64,000 nucleotides of DNA from Hydrurus foetidus (GCA_900617105.1 UYFQ01000001.1:2604001-2668000), one strand, 5' to 3'; shown: positions 9,231-20,848, counted from the stretch's first letter. The notes: generated from the sequence alone by a model not told the origin. Program-made: numbers and translations.

Positions 9231-11411
9231 TCAACGCAGCGGCGCACCATTGGTAAGTACTTTAGGTGTGATGAACACCAGCAGTTCAGACTTGGTAGCG
9301 GTGCGGGTTTTTTGCTTGAAGAGAGCTCCCAAAACTGGAATATCGCCCAGCACGGGCACTTTGGTTTCGTCTTCCCGGTCGGCCTGTTCATAAATACCGC
9401 CCAGCACCACAGTGCCACCGTTTTCAACCAGCACTTGGGTTTGCACACGCTTGGTGTCAATTGCAAAACCATTGGCTGTGGATCGCCCGACGCTGTCTTT
9501 ATTGACTTCAACATTCAGAATGATGTTGCCTTCCGGCGTAATTTGCGGGGTAACTTCCAGCTTCAAATTAGCCTTGCGAAAAGCAATCGACGTTGCGCCG
9601 CTGGACGTGGCTTGCTGGTAAGGCAGCTCGGTTCCTTGCTCGATGATTGCTTTTACTTGGTCAGCAGTCACGATTCGCGGGCTGGAAACAATTTTTCCGC
9701 GGCCATCTGATTCGGCGGCTGAAATTTCGAGGTTTAGGAGCCGCGTCAAACTTGAATTGAACAACGAAATAGCGAAACTTGCAGCCTGAAAACCGTTTTG
9801 CCCGACAGCTGGTAAATTGACAAAATCGCCAGACCCCGTGCCAATATTGATACCAAGGTTAGCGTTAGTTCCGACCGGGACGTTGGGAGTGATGTAACTA
9901 TTGCCCACCATGATGTTGTTGGTCGTATTAAACGGACGTCCACCGAGCCTTACTCCTAGCGACTTACCAAAAGAATCTGCCGCCTCAACAATTCGAGCTT
10001 CAATCAAGACCTGCTTGACCGGAATATCCAGTTTAAGAATCAATGACTGAATCTGCTCCAGCTTTGCCGGAATATCCGTCACAAAGAGCTGGTTCGTACG
10101 GGCTTCAAAAATAACGCTGCCGCGATTCGACAAAATTTTGGTTGCGCCTGGCGTGGTTGACCCACCCTGAACTCCAGAACCCACCAGTCCTGCTGCGATG
10201 TCAGACGCTTTGGCATAGTTGAGGCGGAAATCTTGCGTCCGTAACGGTTCGAGGTTCTGGATGGCGTTTTTTGCTTCCAGCTCAATCTTGTCTTTAGCTG
10301 TGAACTCGTCCTTCGGGGCGATCAACAACACGTTGCCCGACTTACGCATGCCCAAGCCCCTGGCTTGCAAAATAATGTCCAACGCCTGATCCCACGGCAC
10401 ATCTTTCAAACGCAGAGTGACCGCACCACTCACGCTGTCTGACGTAACAATATTCAAATTAGTGAAATCTGCGATGACCTGAAGCAGTGAACGAATCTCA
10501 ATATTTTGGAAGTTCAAGGACAACTTTTCACCGCTGTACCCTGCGCCTTGGGTTAACTTGCCCGGGTCAATTTTCTGCTCGCGAACTTCCACTACAAACT
10601 GGTTGTCGCTCTGGTAAGCGCTGTGCTCCCAAAGACCTTTGGGCGCAATCACCATGCGTACCTTATCCCCCGTCTGAAACGTGGTCACGCTTTGCACAGG
10701 TGTGCCGAAGTCTGTTACGTCAAGCTTGCGGCGCAAGCCCTCGGGCAAGCTGGTTTTCAAAAACTCCACCACCAACGTTTCGCCCTGCTGGCGAATATCT
10801 ACGCCAACCTGGTTGTTCGGCAAATCGACCACAATTCGACCCACATTTTCAGCGCCGCGTCGGAAGTCCAGGTCTTTAAGTGGAAAAATATCACGATTCC
10901 GGTTCTCAGCAAACACCGGCGCTGCAACTCCAGAAGGTGCGGCCACTACTACGGGGTCCAACGTAATTACCAAAGACTTGCCTTGTATCTCTGCCTTGTA
11001 GGCGGTAGATGCTTTGAGATTCAGAACTACACGGGTGCGTTCACCAGCCTGCACAACGTTGGCAGAGCGGAGATTGCCCAGATTCATCTCGACTGCCGAC
11101 CGGCCCATAGCGTTGCTGATACCGGGGAAATCCAGCGCAATTCGGGCAGGCGACTGAATACTGAAACCCGTCGGCACTGCTGTTAGCGGCTCGGCAAAAT
11201 CAATGCGAATCACTTCTGAGCCTCCTGATACAGAACCCGTGACTGCCTGGATGGTGTTAGCGGTTTGAGCTACGGCTACCGCTGAAACGGCCGCAAAAAG
11301 GGCGGCAGAAAATGAAGCACGCGCCGAAATTCCAAACGATGTCTGGCTCGCCATCCCCCTCAGCGCTATCAGTGCGACGCCAGCATGAAGTTTCCACATC
11401 TGCATACTCAT
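9231..11411 (-). CDS. pilQ: Type IV pilus secretin PilQ
   Basis: AMIN domains, SLNFQ, VPWDQALD, QVLIEARIVE, KVPVLGDIP; start placed at ATG 11411, overlapping the pilP stop (ATGA). Confidence 0.95.
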   Translation of the reverse strand: MSMQMWKLHAGVALIALRGMASQTSFGISARASFSAALFAAVSAVAVAQTANTIQAVTGSVSGGSEVIRIDFAEPLTAVPTGFSIQSPARIALDFPGISNAMGRSAVEMNLGNLRSANVVQAGERTRVVLNLKASTAYKAEIQGKSLVITLDPVVVAAPSGVAAPVFAENRNRDIFPLKDLDFRRGAENVGRIVVDLPNNQVGVDIRQQGETLVVEFLKTSLPEGLRRKLDVTDFGTPVQSVTTFQTGDKVRMVIAPKGLWEHSAYQSDNQFVVEVREQKIDPGKLTQGAGYSGEKLSLNFQNIEIRSLLQVIADFTNLNIVTSDSVSGAVTLRLKDVPWDQALDIILQARGLGMRKSGNVLLIAPKDEFTAKDKIELEAKNAIQNLEPLRTQDFRLNYAKASDIAAGLVGSGVQGGSTTPGATKILSNRGSVIFEARTNQLFVTDIPAKLEQIQSLILKLDIPVKQVLIEARIVEAADSFGKSLGVRLGGRPFNTTNNIMVGNSYITPNVPVGTNANLGINIGTGSGDFVNLPAVGQNGFQAASFAISLFNSSLTRLLNLEISAAESDGRGKIVSSPRIVTADQVKAIIEQGTELPYQQATSSGATSIAFRKANLKLEVTPQITPEGNIILNVEVNKDSVGRSTANGFAIDTKRVQTQVLVENGGTVVLGGIYEQADREDETKVPVLGDIPVLGALFKQKTRTATKSELLVFITPKVLTNGAPLR

Positions 11412-11956
11412 TTTGATACCTCTTGAAGCTTTAAAGTCGCGGGCCGCTCGATCCACTCGCCGGCGGCGTCCTGCACAATTTCCCTCAGAGTCAAGTCCGA
11501 CTCTGTTACTTTGGTAATTCGGCCGTAGTTCTGGCCTAAATAATTTCCAACACGCACTTGGTACAGCAGGTTGTCGACGCGTACCAAGGCGACCAGTTGA
11601 CCGGCTTTATTCAAACTGCCAACCATCGCTGCAGAATCCAGCGGTGAAGCCTCCAGCGGCTCTTTTCTCCTGGCTAACTCAGGAGCTATTAGCGCCACGT
11701 TTGCGGTTGCTTGTGTCGAATCACGCTTAAGCGCCTGCGTCAGCTTTTGGTTGCTAAATGGCTCTATCGCGGCTTCTTGTTGATAGGGCTGCGGCACGAA
11801 CTTGGTTGGCGCTGGCACAGGCTGAATGTTTGGCTTCGCCGCATTGCGCTCAGCTGTCATCCACTGCTGCAATTCATCCTGCTCTGAGACGCCGCAACCT
11901 GTCAAAGCGATTGCTGCAACCGCCCAGCTGCCAAGTAAATAAATACGAAAGATCAT
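11408..11956 (-). CDS. pilP: Type IV pilus assembly lipoprotein PilP
   Basis: Lipobox LTGC, KEPLE, GNYLGQNYG; operon position. Confidence 0.93.
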   Translation of the reverse strand: MIFRIYLLGSWAVAAIALTGCGVSEQDELQQWMTAERNAAKPNIQPVPAPTKFVPQPYQQEAAIEPFSNQKLTQALKRDSTQATANVALIAPELARRKEPLEASPLDSAAMVGSLNKAGQLVALVRVDNLLYQVRVGNYLGQNYGRITKVTESDLTLREIVQDAAGEWIERPATLKLQEVSK

Positions 11957-12630
11957 TTCGCAGGTCCTTTCGCGGCTGCAGTCGCTTTGCGCTGCAGCTC
12001 TATCTCTTCGGGATCGAGATAGCGGAAAGTTTTGGCCGTTGTGTCGAGCGTTAGCGAGCCGTCCTTGCCAGGTAACAACGTGAGATTGTTCAAGGTAACG
12101 ATGCGAGAAAGATTCGAAATATCAGCTGCAAACGAACCGATGTCGTGATAACGGCCGGTTACCCGGACTGCAATTGGCAGCTCAGCGTAGTAAGCTTTAA
12201 CGCTGACCTGACCTGGCCTGAACAACTCAAACTGAAGGCTTCGGCCAAGACCAGCCTGGTTGATGTCCGACAGCAAGGCATCCATTTCGGCTTTACTAGG
12301 AAGCTGTTTTTCAAGCTGCGTGACATATTGCAGCACCTGCTCGCGCTGCTTCTTCAAGGCCTCCAGGCTCGCCGCTTGGCCAACTTTCTTTTTGTAGTCT
12401 TCGCGCAAAACAACCTCTTTTGCGCGCTCAGCCACCAGCTCGTCGTCCGAGGTGTTGAGCCATAAAAACCAAAGCGCCGCGACGACAGCGCAGGTCACTG
12501 CCAGGAAAAGCAAATATTTGGGAACCGCCGGCCACGACGGTGGATCGTTCGGATTCAGGCCTGCAAACTGGCTCTTCAGGCTAGCCTGTAGTCCATCAAA
12601 ATTAAACTTGAGTTTTGGAATAGTTGCCAT
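11953..12630 (-). CDS. pilO: Type IV pilus assembly protein PilO
   Basis: TM segment plus coiled coil, QLPSKAEM, YAELPI, TFRYLD. Confidence 0.93.
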   Translation of the reverse strand: MATIPKLKFNFDGLQASLKSQFAGLNPNDPPSWPAVPKYLLFLAVTCAVVAALWFLWLNTSDDELVAERAKEVVLREDYKKKVGQAASLEALKKQREQVLQYVTQLEKQLPSKAEMDALLSDINQAGLGRSLQFELFRPGQVSVKAYYAELPIAVRVTGRYHDIGSFAADISNLSRIVTLNNLTLLPGKDGSLTLDTTAKTFRYLDPEEIELQRKATAAAKGPAK

Positions 12631-12640
12631 GGTCGACTTT

Positions 12641-13306
12641 TCAGGTCTTGCCGGCAGGCTGTGCAGCTACTGCAGCGCCAGATGCGGCGGGTTTTGGCGC
12701 CGCCACAGCGCCGGAAGCTGCAGAAGCCGACGCTTTAGAAGCATCAGACACGCGCTTGAGTGCAATGCGCATCGAAAAATTCGCTACTCGGCGCTGATCC
12801 CGCGGAGTCAGGGCCACACTTGATGCAGTAATCTCGATCAGTTCCGGCCTGGACAGCCACTCACTGTTATTTGACAGGTTTCGCAGCAGCTCAGATACGC
12901 GCTCGTTGGACTGCGCGACGCCTGCAATCAAAACGTTCTGATTGTCCTGCTTCATGCTGGATATATAAACGCCATCAGGCAACTGCTTGACCAGCTCGGT
13001 CAACAGATAAACCGGCAAATTGCGATTGCCCTGCAGCTCTTCAACTGCACCTTGACGCGCCCGCAAGCTTGCAATTTCTGCCTGAAGGCTGGCAATATCC
13101 TTGATTTGATCATCAAGTTTTTTAGTCGCTGTCTTCAGCACATTATTTTTAGATTGCTGGTTTACGATTTGTGTTTGATACCAACTGTAAACACCTACAC
13201 AAATCACCAACCCGAATATCGCGGCCAGACCCAAAGAAACAAAGAATGACTCCCGCTTGCGTTTTCGGGCCGCCTCGCGGTGGGGGAGCAGGTTAACAAG
13301 AATCAC
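12641..13306 (-). CDS. pilN: Type IV pilus assembly protein PilN
   Basis: N-terminal VNLLPHRE motif; GTG start at 13306 overlaps the pilM stop. Confidence 0.93.
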   Translation of the reverse strand: MILVNLLPHREAARKRKRESFFVSLGLAAIFGLVICVGVYSWYQTQIVNQQSKNNVLKTATKKLDDQIKDIASLQAEIASLRARQGAVEELQGNRNLPVYLLTELVKQLPDGVYISSMKQDNQNVLIAGVAQSNERVSELLRNLSNNSEWLSRPELIEITASSVALTPRDQRRVANFSMRIALKRVSDASKASASAASGAVAAPKPAASGAAVAAQPAGKT

Positions 13307-14382
13307 CGCAGAAACCTCCGCAACGCTAACCCGCAAGCCGTCAAATAGGACGCGGCTTCACGTTTCATTTTCTTTTCACGAACATTTCTGCCAATCGTCA
13401 TACCCTCAAAAGGGTCTGCCTGAACGCAGGCAAATGACGTTTGTTGTGTGACTGACTCGGCCAAGCCAGGAAGAGCAGACGAGCCCCCTGCCAGCATCAC
13501 GTAGTCGACTTTGTTGTTGGGTGTACTGGTAAAGAAAAACTGTAAAGCGCGGCCGATTTCCTGGGCCATGCTGTCTACGAACGGCTTTAAAACACCCGAT
13601 TCATAGTCTTCGGGCAAGTCGCCGCCACGCTTTTTGGTTTCAGCTTCTTCTGGCGAAAACCCGTACTGACGGACGATGAGTTGTGTTAGCTGAGCGCCAC
13701 CAAATGCTTGGTCGCGCTCGTAAAGCACCTCATCGTTTTTGATGACTTGCATACTTGTGGTCAACGCGCCCACCTCAAATAAAGCCACCAGCGTGTCAAC
13801 GCCCTTATTTGGCATGCTCTCGATGAGTCTTGCAGTAGCCAAACGGGACGCATAAGATTCAACGTCAAGAACGATCGGCTTGAGGCCAGCTGCCTCAGCC
13901 AGACCTTGACGGTCTTGCACTTTTTCTTTGCGCGATGCGGCAATAAGCACTTCTACGTCGCCGACAGATGTTGCACTAGGCCCGACAACACAAAAATCAA
14001 GGCTGACTTCGTCCAGCGAAAAAGGAATATATTGATTTGCTTCGGACTCTACCTGCACTTCAAGCTCAGACTCCGTTAGACCGCCAGGCAAAATGATCTT
14101 TTTGGTGATAACGGCTGAAGCCGGGAGCGCCATCGCCACATTTTTTGTGCGCGTGCCACTTTTCTTGACTACTCGGCGGACAGCTTCTGCGACTTCATCG
14201 AATTTTTCGACGTTACCGTCGGTAATCCAGCCTCGCTCGAGCGGTTCAATCGCACACCTGTCCAGCACAAGATTTCCCGCTTTGTCATGACTCAGCTCCA
14301 CCAGCTTTACGCTGGACGAGCTGATGTCGAGACCCAGCAAGGGCGGTTCCCTGCGTTTTAATAAAGACCCCAAAGAGATCAA
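13303..14382 (-). CDS. pilM: Type IV pilus assembly actin-like protein PilM
   Basis: GLDISSSSVK, LAGGSS, ACGLALR; TTG at 14382 preceded by GGGGA. Confidence 0.95.
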   Translation of the reverse strand: MISLGSLLKRREPPLLGLDISSSSVKLVELSHDKAGNLVLDRCAIEPLERGWITDGNVEKFDEVAEAVRRVVKKSGTRTKNVAMALPASAVITKKIILPGGLTESELEVQVESEANQYIPFSLDEVSLDFCVVGPSATSVGDVEVLIAASRKEKVQDRQGLAEAAGLKPIVLDVESYASRLATARLIESMPNKGVDTLVALFEVGALTTSMQVIKNDEVLYERDQAFGGAQLTQLIVRQYGFSPEEAETKKRGGDLPEDYESGVLKPFVDSMAQEIGRALQFFFTSTPNNKVDYVMLAGGSSALPGLAESVTQQTSFACVQADPFEGMTIGRNVREKKMKREAASYLTACGLALRRFLR

Positions 14383-14707
14383 AACAGTCCCCAAACTTGG
14401 CTACTTGGTAGCGTTACGTACTTAAGAAATTACTTCAATATTATCAGCAAGCCCCTTGTGCGATAAGGATTTTTTCGATTTTGTCTGTTAAGAACGTTGC
14501 CAAAAACTGACGCTTCTTACAAATTCAATCAGCCGCATCAGTCACTCTCAGGCGGATAAGAAGGTAAAACTAGGAGGGTCTGCTCATACTCACCAGCTTT
14601 CGCTGTCAGGTGACAATGCCCGGAGTGCCTGAACTTTTTATACTACTGCTCTAGTTTGACAAAACTCACCGAATCTTTCGCACCCATGCGCCTACTTCGC
14701 GACCTTT

Positions 14708-17125
14708 ATGACTCACCCCACTGACCAAGAACGGGCGCTTGCCCGGCGCCCAGCCTGGGTGAGCCTGCTGATGAAGGTGTTACTCTGGTCGGCGGGCCTG
14801 GTAGCTGCCGGGATCATCGGCGTGACCATGGTTATAGCCGTCGCCTTGGCTGTGGCGTACCCCAACTTGCCTGATATTTCTGATCTGTCTGACTATCGGC
14901 CCAAGCTGCCGATGCGGGTCTTCTCGGCCGACGGCTTGGTCATTGGCGAGTTCGGCGAAGAGCGACGCCGCCTAACCCCGATCAAAGACATTCCAAAAGT
15001 CATGACCGACGCCGTTCTGGCGATTGAAGATGCCAGATTCTTTTCGCACGGCGGAGTGGACTACCTCGGCGTTATTCGCGCCGGTCTGGCCAATTTAGGC
15101 CGCGCAAAAGCGCAGGGCGCGTCAACCATCACGATGCAGGTCGCTCGCAACGTTTATTTATCGGCTGAAAAAAGCTACACCCGAAAAATATACGAAATTT
15201 TGCTGACCTTCAAGCTCGAACACATGCTGACCAAGAATCAGATTCTTGAAATTTACATGAATCAGATTTTTTTGGGTAACCGCTCTTACGGATTCGCCGC
15301 CGCCTCAGAGGCGTACTTTGGCAAACCGCTCAAAGATGTCAGCATTGCAGAGGCGGCCATGCTGGCGGGCTTGCCTAAAGCGCCGTCAGCCTATAACCCC
15401 ATCGTGAACCCGAAACGAGCCCGGGCGCGCCAGCTCTACATCATCGAGCGAATGGAGGCCAACGGCTTTATTACCAGAGCTCAAGCCGCGGCCGCGAAAG
15501 AAGAAGAACTGAAGGTCAAAACCGGGCCAGACGTTGACCGCGTTCACGCCGAATACATCGCTGAAACCGTTCGCCAGTTGGTGTTTAGCCAGTACGGTGA
15601 GCAGTCCTACACCCGCGGGCTTAACGTTTTCACCACGTTGCGGGCGGCCGACCAAACTGCGGCCTATAAAGCGCTGCGCAAAGGCATCATGGACTATGAG
15701 CGTCGCCAAATTTACCGCGGCCCGGAAAAATTCATTGACCTGCCAAAAGACCCCAAAGATCAGGAAGAAGCCATTGACGACGCACTTTCAGACAACCCGG
15801 ATAACGGCGATGTGATGTCGGCCATCGTGCTGGAAGCAAGCGCCAAGCGGGTGGTAGCCTTGCGCCAAAACAGCGAGCGAATTGAAATCGCTGGCGACGG
15901 CTTGCGGCCCGCGCAGTCCGGTCTCGCAGAAAAAGCGGCAACCAACATCAAGCTGCGCCGGGGCGCGTTGATCAGAGTCGTAAAAACGCCAAAAAGCACG
16001 TGGGAAATTACCCAACTGCCAGAGGTGGAGGGTGCTTTTGTGGCACTTGACCCGCGAGACGGCGCCGTTCGAGCGTTGGTAGGCGGGTTTGATTTTGAAA
16101 AAAACAAGTTCAACCACGTGACCCAAGCGTGGCGCCAGCCGGGTTCTAGCTTCAAGCCCTTTATTTACTCGTCGGCCCTTGAAAAAGGTTTCACCCCAGC
16201 AACCGTGATCAACGACGCCCCCTTGTTCTTTGATGCCGGCGTCACTGGTGGTCAGCCTTGGGAGCCGAAAAATTACGATGGCACCTTTGACGGACCCATG
16301 AGCATGCGCACCGGGCTGAAAAAATCGAAAAACATGGTGTCGATTCGCATCTTGCAGTCAGTAGGCGCGACCTATGCGCAAGAATGGCTTGGCAGATTTG
16401 GCTTTGAAGCAGAAAAGCACCCCGCTTACCTGACGATGGCGCTCGGTGCGGGGTCGGTAACGCCGATGCAGATGGCCACAGCGTATTCGGTGTTTGCCAA
16501 CGGTGGCTACCGCATTTCACCGTATCTGATTACCAAAATCACCGACCAAAAAGGTAAGGTTTTGGTCGACACCAAACCGCCCGCCCTTAACGAATCGATG
16601 CGCGGCATTGATGCCCGTAATGCCTTCATCATGTCGAGCTTGCTCCAAGAAGTGGCTCGCTCGGGCACGGCTGCCAAAGCGCAAGCCACCTTAAAACGAG
16701 TCGATCTGTACGGCAAAACCGGAACCACCAACGACTCGATTGACACGTGGTTTGTCGGCTACCAGCCGACCATCACGGCCGCTGTCTGGATGGGTTACGA
16801 CACGCCTAGAAAACTGGGCGACAAGGAAACTGGCGGTGGCTTGAGCCTTCCGGTTTGGATCGACTTTATGGGCCATGCCCTGCGCGGCGTTCCGGTAACC
16901 GAGATGTCCGCGCCCAGCGGCGTGGTCAATATTGGCGGCGAGTGGTACTACGAGGAATATGCCAGAGGCGCCGGTATCAGCAGCGTGGGCATGCGCGATG
17001 CGCCAGCGGCAACGCAAGTATCCAGCGATGCCCCGGTTCAAACTCCGTCCGACGGCGGCACGCCTATTTCAGTGCTGCCGCCGAGTGACGAGAAAAAACG
17101 AATTCTTGACTTGTTCAAGAACTAA
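14708..17125 (+). CDS. mrcA: Penicillin-binding protein 1A
   Basis: Transglycosylase EDARF and GASTITMQ; transpeptidase SSFK, SKN, KTG; divergent from pilM. Confidence 0.96.
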   Translation: MTHPTDQERALARRPAWVSLLMKVLLWSAGLVAAGIIGVTMVIAVALAVAYPNLPDISDLSDYRPKLPMRVFSADGLVIGEFGEERRRLTPIKDIPKVMTDAVLAIEDARFFSHGGVDYLGVIRAGLANLGRAKAQGASTITMQVARNVYLSAEKSYTRKIYEILLTFKLEHMLTKNQILEIYMNQIFLGNRSYGFAAASEAYFGKPLKDVSIAEAAMLAGLPKAPSAYNPIVNPKRARARQLYIIERMEANGFITRAQAAAAKEEELKVKTGPDVDRVHAEYIAETVRQLVFSQYGEQSYTRGLNVFTTLRAADQTAAYKALRKGIMDYERRQIYRGPEKFIDLPKDPKDQEEAIDDALSDNPDNGDVMSAIVLEASAKRVVALRQNSERIEIAGDGLRPAQSGLAEKAATNIKLRRGALIRVVKTPKSTWEITQLPEVEGAFVALDPRDGAVRALVGGFDFEKNKFNHVTQAWRQPGSSFKPFIYSSALEKGFTPATVINDAPLFFDAGVTGGQPWEPKNYDGTFDGPMSMRTGLKKSKNMVSIRILQSVGATYAQEWLGRFGFEAEKHPAYLTMALGAGSVTPMQMATAYSVFANGGYRISPYLITKITDQKGKVLVDTKPPALNESMRGIDARNAFIMSSLLQEVARSGTAAKAQATLKRVDLYGKTGTTNDSIDTWFVGYQPTITAAVWMGYDTPRKLGDKETGGGLSLPVWIDFMGHALRGVPVTEMSAPSGVVNIGGEWYYEEYARGAGISSVGMRDAPAATQVSSDAPVQTPSDGGTPISVLPPSDEKKRILDLFKN

Positions 17126-17444
17126 ACCGAACGGCCTGACCCGCCTGGCTGCTGGCCTCGCGGGTCAGCACCTCGAAAAACTCGGCAGCGCTTTTGGTAT
17201 CCAGCCATCGCCCTTCCGTACACTTGTAGTGAAAGCCGCCCGCTTTGGTGGCCAGCCAAATTTCTTGTAGCGGCTTTTGCAGGTTGATGACGATCTGGCT
17301 TTTATTGGCAAAAGTCAGCGTGATCATTCCCCCGCTGCGCTGGTTGTCGATGTCAGCGTCAGTCGTGTCGTTAATGCGGTCGCAGGCCTGCTCCACAGCC
17401 CGCAGTGCAGATTCCGCACAATTCAAATACTCAAGGTCGGTCAT
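17115..17444 (-). CDS. cyaY: Iron donor protein CyaY (frataxin)
   Basis: [19 protein letters not shown] motif. Confidence 0.93.
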   Translation of the reverse strand: MTDLEYLNCAESALRAVEQACDRINDTTDADIDNQRSGGMITLTFANKSQIVINLQKPLQEIWLATKAGGFHYKCTEGRWLDTKSAAEFFEVLTREASSQAGQAVRFSS

Positions 17445-17453
17445 TACAATCCA

Positions 17454-17678
17454 ATGATGATGTTTTCAAACGAAATTTTAGGCCGTTATAGAGCCGCGCT
17501 GTTGTGCGCTGGTTTTATCGCCATTACCACCACGACCGTTTCAGGTTGCGGCCAAAAGGGCACGCTTTTTCTGGCTCCCCAAAGCGTTCCATACACCTTA
17601 CTGCCATCAGCTGCCCCAGCGCAGGCCGCGTCTGCGGTTGCTCCCAGGCCATCCGTCACAGCGTCAGCCGCCAAATGA
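17454..17678 (+). CDS. lptM: Small lipoprotein, LptM/YifL family
   Basis: Lipobox followed by CGQKG.LF; position between cyaY and lysA; start could be 17454, 17457 or 17460. Confidence 0.75.
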   Translation: MMMFSNEILGRYRAALLCAGFIAITTTTVSGCGQKGTLFLAPQSVPYTLLPSAAPAQAASAVAPRPSVTASAAK

Positions 17679-18943
17679 AGTCACTCCCCGGCTCCCCTTT
17701 CGTTGTCTATCAAAACGGCGCTTTGCACGTGGAAGGCGTTGCGCTGGACGCGCTTGCCAAGCAGCACGGCACGCCGCTGTTTGTGTACTCCAAAGCGTCG
17801 ATGCTGAATGCCCTGGCGGCCTATCAGCGCGGTTTTGCAGGTAGAAACGCCCAGATTTGCTACGGCATGAAGGCCAACTCAACGCTGGCTATTTTGCAAG
17901 TGTTTGCAGCGGCAGGCTGCGGCTTTGATATTGTGTCCAGCGGCGAGTTGGCGCGGGTCGTTGCCGCAGGCGGCGACGTCAAAAAAGTGATCTTTTCAGG
18001 CGTAGGCAAAACCCGTTTTGAAATGCGGGAAGCCCTGAAGGCAGGCATTGGCTGCTTTAACGTCGAAAGTGAAGCCGAGCTCGACGTGCTGTCCAGCGTG
18101 GCGATGGAGCTGGGGCTTCGCGCCCCGGTCAGTATTCGCGTCAATCCGAATGTTGATCCAAAAACGCACCCATATATTTCTACTGGCCTGAAGGGCAACA
18201 AGTTCGGCGTGGCACACGACCACGCCCTGCGCGTGTACAGGCACGCTGCTTCGTTGGCGGGCCTTCGCGTAGTGGGTATTGACTGCCACATTGGCTCACA
18301 AATCACCGAAATTACGCCCTACCTGGACGCGATGGACCGCGTGCTGGACTTGGTCGAGATGATTGAGCAGGCAGGCAACGCGCTTGAGCACATCGACTTC
18401 GGCGGTGGTTTGGGCATTGACTACAACGGCGACACGCCACCTGCTGCCGACGCGCTGTGGCAACAACTGCTGGCCAAAATTGATGCGCGGGGCCACAGTG
18501 GGAAAAAAATCATGATTGAGCCTGGCCGCTCTTTGGTCGGGAACGCGGGTGTGTGCGTGGCCGAAGTGATTTATCTTAAGCCCGGCGAGCAAAAAAGCTT
18601 TTGTATTGTTGACGCAGCCATGAACGACCTGCCCCGCCCTGCGCTGTATCAAGCGTTTCACGCGATCGTGCCCACACTGCAGACAGACGCAGCCAGCGCG
18701 GTTTATGACGTAGTCGGCCCCGTGTGTGAGAGCGGCGACTGGCTGGGTCGGGACCGTGAGCTGAACGTTCCTGCAGGTGGTTACGTAGCAGTGCTATCAA
18801 GCGGAGCGTATTGCATGAGCATGGCCAGCAACTACAACACCCGCGGCCGCGCCGCTGAAGTGTTGGTAGATGGTGGGCAAGCACACCTGATTCGCCAAAG
18901 AGAAACCGCACAAGATCAAATGCGCAACGAGCGGTTGATCTAG
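17675..18943 (+). CDS. lysA: Diaminopimelate decarboxylase
   Basis: YGMKAN PLP lysine, HIGSQI, GGG, EPGR, GPVCESGD; start at ATG 17675. Confidence 0.96.
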   Translation: MKSLPGSPFVVYQNGALHVEGVALDALAKQHGTPLFVYSKASMLNALAAYQRGFAGRNAQICYGMKANSTLAILQVFAAAGCGFDIVSSGELARVVAAGGDVKKVIFSGVGKTRFEMREALKAGIGCFNVESEAELDVLSSVAMELGLRAPVSIRVNPNVDPKTHPYISTGLKGNKFGVAHDHALRVYRHAASLAGLRVVGIDCHIGSQITEITPYLDAMDRVLDLVEMIEQAGNALEHIDFGGGLGIDYNGDTPPAADALWQQLLAKIDARGHSGKKIMIEPGRSLVGNAGVCVAEVIYLKPGEQKSFCIVDAAMNDLPRPALYQAFHAIVPTLQTDAASAVYDVVGPVCESGDWLGRDRELNVPAGGYVAVLSSGAYCMSMASNYNTRGRAAEVLVDGGQAHLIRQRETAQDQMRNERLI

Positions 18944-18967
18944 CGCGTTAAGCTGCGCTAGCTCGGC

Positions 18968-19010
18968 GCTATTAATTTACTAGCTGCTCGCGCCCTATTT
19001 TATTGGACTG
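18968..19010 (-). repeat. 43-bp dispersed repeat, copy 4 (encodes the msrQ C-terminus and stop)
   Basis: Reverse complement CAGTCCAATAAAATAGGGCGCGAGCAGCTAGTAAATTAATAGC, read as QSNKIGREQLVN*. Confidence 0.85.
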
Positions 19011-19625
19011 CAGCCGTTTTTTCTTTAAGAATTGCTGCACGCGCCAACCCAGCAGCATGGCGATGATGGCGGCATAAATAAACACCTCATTGAAGTTGTT
19101 TTTACCAGCACGCATCCAGAAAAAATGCAGCAGGCCCAAACCAGAAATAACGTACACCAGCTTGTGCAGCAATTGCCAACGCTTGACCCCAAGGGCCTTG
19201 ATGGCGCGGTTAAACGACGTTGCAGCCAACGGCGTTAGCAGCAAAAACGCCAAAAAGCCCACCAAAATAAACGGCCGCTTGGCGATGTCTTTGGCAATTT
19301 CGCCCACATCAAAGCCCATGTCAAAGCCGCTGTAACTGAGCAGGTGAACGACAACGTAGAAGTAAACAAACAGCCCCAGCATGCGCCGAAAACGCGCCAG
19401 CTGCGGCGTGTTGCTGATGGTGCGCAGCGGCGTTACAGCCAGCACGATGCATATGAAGCGCAGCGTCCAGTCGCCAGTAGCGCGGATCAAATACTCCTGC
19501 GGATTGGCGCCCGCGCCGTTGCTGGCGACGCGGTAAATCAGCCAACTGATGGGCAACAAGCACAGCAGAAAAAGCACCACCTTGGCAGCGGGGTGCATCA
19601 ACACTTTTTGCTTGGAAATTGACAT
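18972..19625 (-). CDS. msrQ: Heme-binding membrane subunit MsrQ
   Basis: RRMLGL, LAATS, WQLLHKLVY; downstream of msrP. Confidence 0.93.
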   Translation of the reverse strand: MSISKQKVLMHPAAKVVLFLLCLLPISWLIYRVASNGAGANPQEYLIRATGDWTLRFICIVLAVTPLRTISNTPQLARFRRMLGLFVYFYVVVHLLSYSGFDMGFDVGEIAKDIAKRPFILVGFLAFLLLTPLAATSFNRAIKALGVKRWQLLHKLVYVISGLGLLHFFWMRAGKNNFNEVFIYAAIIAMLLGWRVQQFLKKKRLQSNKIGREQLVN

Positions 19626-19630
19626 AACGG

Positions 19631-20641
19631 TTAAAAGTTTTTCTTCAAGTCCATTCCGGCGTACAACTGCCCGACCTGCGCCTCGTAACCGTTGAACATC
19701 AACGTTTTACGTTTTTTGGCAAACAGGCCGTCTTCGCCAATACGGCGCTCGCTGGCCTGGCTCCAGCGCGGGTGGTCAACGTCTGGGTTGACGTTGGAGA
19801 AAAAGCCGTATTCGCTGGCGGCGGCTTTGTTCCAGGCGGTTTTGGGTTCTTTGTCAGTAAAGCGGATTTTGACGATGCTTTTACCGCTTTTAAAGCCGTA
19901 TTTCCACGGCAACACCATGCGCACTGGCGCGCCGCTCTGGTTCGGCAGCACTTCACCATACATGCCAAACGTCAGCAGCGCCAGCGGGTGCATGGCTTCG
20001 TCCATTCGCAGCGCCTCAACGTACGGCCACTCCAGCACGCGCGAGCCCACAAACGGCATGGTTTTTGGGTCGGCCAACGTCATAAACTCTACATATTTAG
20101 CGCTGCCCAGCGGTTCGACTTTTTTAATCAGCTCTGACAACGAGTACCCGACCCAAGGGATCACCATCGACCAGCCTTCGACGCAGCGCAGCCGGTAAAT
20201 TCGCTCTTCTTGGGCGCTGAGTTTGAGCAAGTCTTCCAGAGCGTAAGTTTTGGGCTGTTTAACCAAACCCTCAATGGTCACTGACCACGGCTTGGTCACC
20301 AGCGTACCTGCGTTTTTGGCCGGGTCAGCTTTGTCGGTGCCAAATTCGTAAAAATTGTTGTAAGTGGTCGCGTCTTTGTATTCGGTGATTTTTTCCATGG
20401 CCATGGCGCCCGCCACTGCGGATTTGCCGCCCGCGAACGCTGCCAGCTTGCCTGGCTTGGCATAGCTGCCGGCAGGGGCTTGGGCTAGCGCCTCGCGCCC
20501 GGCCCAACTGGCCAAAGCAGCCCCAGCCGCACCAGTGGCCATGAGCTTCATCATGTCGCGCCTGCCCTGATAGGTGCCGTGGGCGGTGATTTCGCTGGGC
20601 ACCGGGTGGGTAAAGCCGTTGTTGTTCGTTTTGATGAGCAT
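19631..20641 (-). CDS. msrP: Protein-methionine-sulfoxide reductase catalytic subunit MsrP
   Basis: Tat RR signal, [30 protein letters not shown]. Confidence 0.96.
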   Translation of the reverse strand: MLIKTNNNGFTHPVPSEITAHGTYQGRRDMMKLMATGAAGAALASWAGREALAQAPAGSYAKPGKLAAFAGGKSAVAGAMAMEKITEYKDATTYNNFYEFGTDKADPAKNAGTLVTKPWSVTIEGLVKQPKTYALEDLLKLSAQEERIYRLRCVEGWSMVIPWVGYSLSELIKKVEPLGSAKYVEFMTLADPKTMPFVGSRVLEWPYVEALRMDEAMHPLALLTFGMYGEVLPNQSGAPVRMVLPWKYGFKSGKSIVKIRFTDKEPKTAWNKAAASEYGFFSNVNPDVDHPRWSQASERRIGEDGLFAKKRKTLMFNGYEAQVGQLYAGMDLKKNF

Positions 20642-20802
20642 GTTGAATCCTTAACTTGGCGAAAAACGATGAGAAAGAGGAAATTGGCGATTATTGCTGG
20701 TTAGTCTGAATACGCGCCGAACTCTTACATGGATTCCATAAATGGGTACAAGTTCGCCCACGCTGCATCAGCCTGGAGATGTGCGGCGATTAACCTACAT
20801 GG

Positions 20803-20848
20803 AAAAACAAAAAACCCGCCCAAACATCAACCGATGCTTGGGCGGGTT
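20803..20848 (-). terminator. Rho-independent terminator after cytochrome c4
   Basis: 16-bp near-perfect stem AACCCGCCCAAGCATC/GATGTTTGGGCGGGTT followed by a T-run on the minus strand. Confidence 0.8.

Noticed and set aside
17504..17674. Long N-terminal extensions in the ORF track (lysA 17504, pilQ 11456, M61 30171, dsbC 33395, nicB 45594)
   Set aside because: They overlap better-supported neighbouring genes; downstream ATGs give normal N-termini and typical stop/start overlaps.
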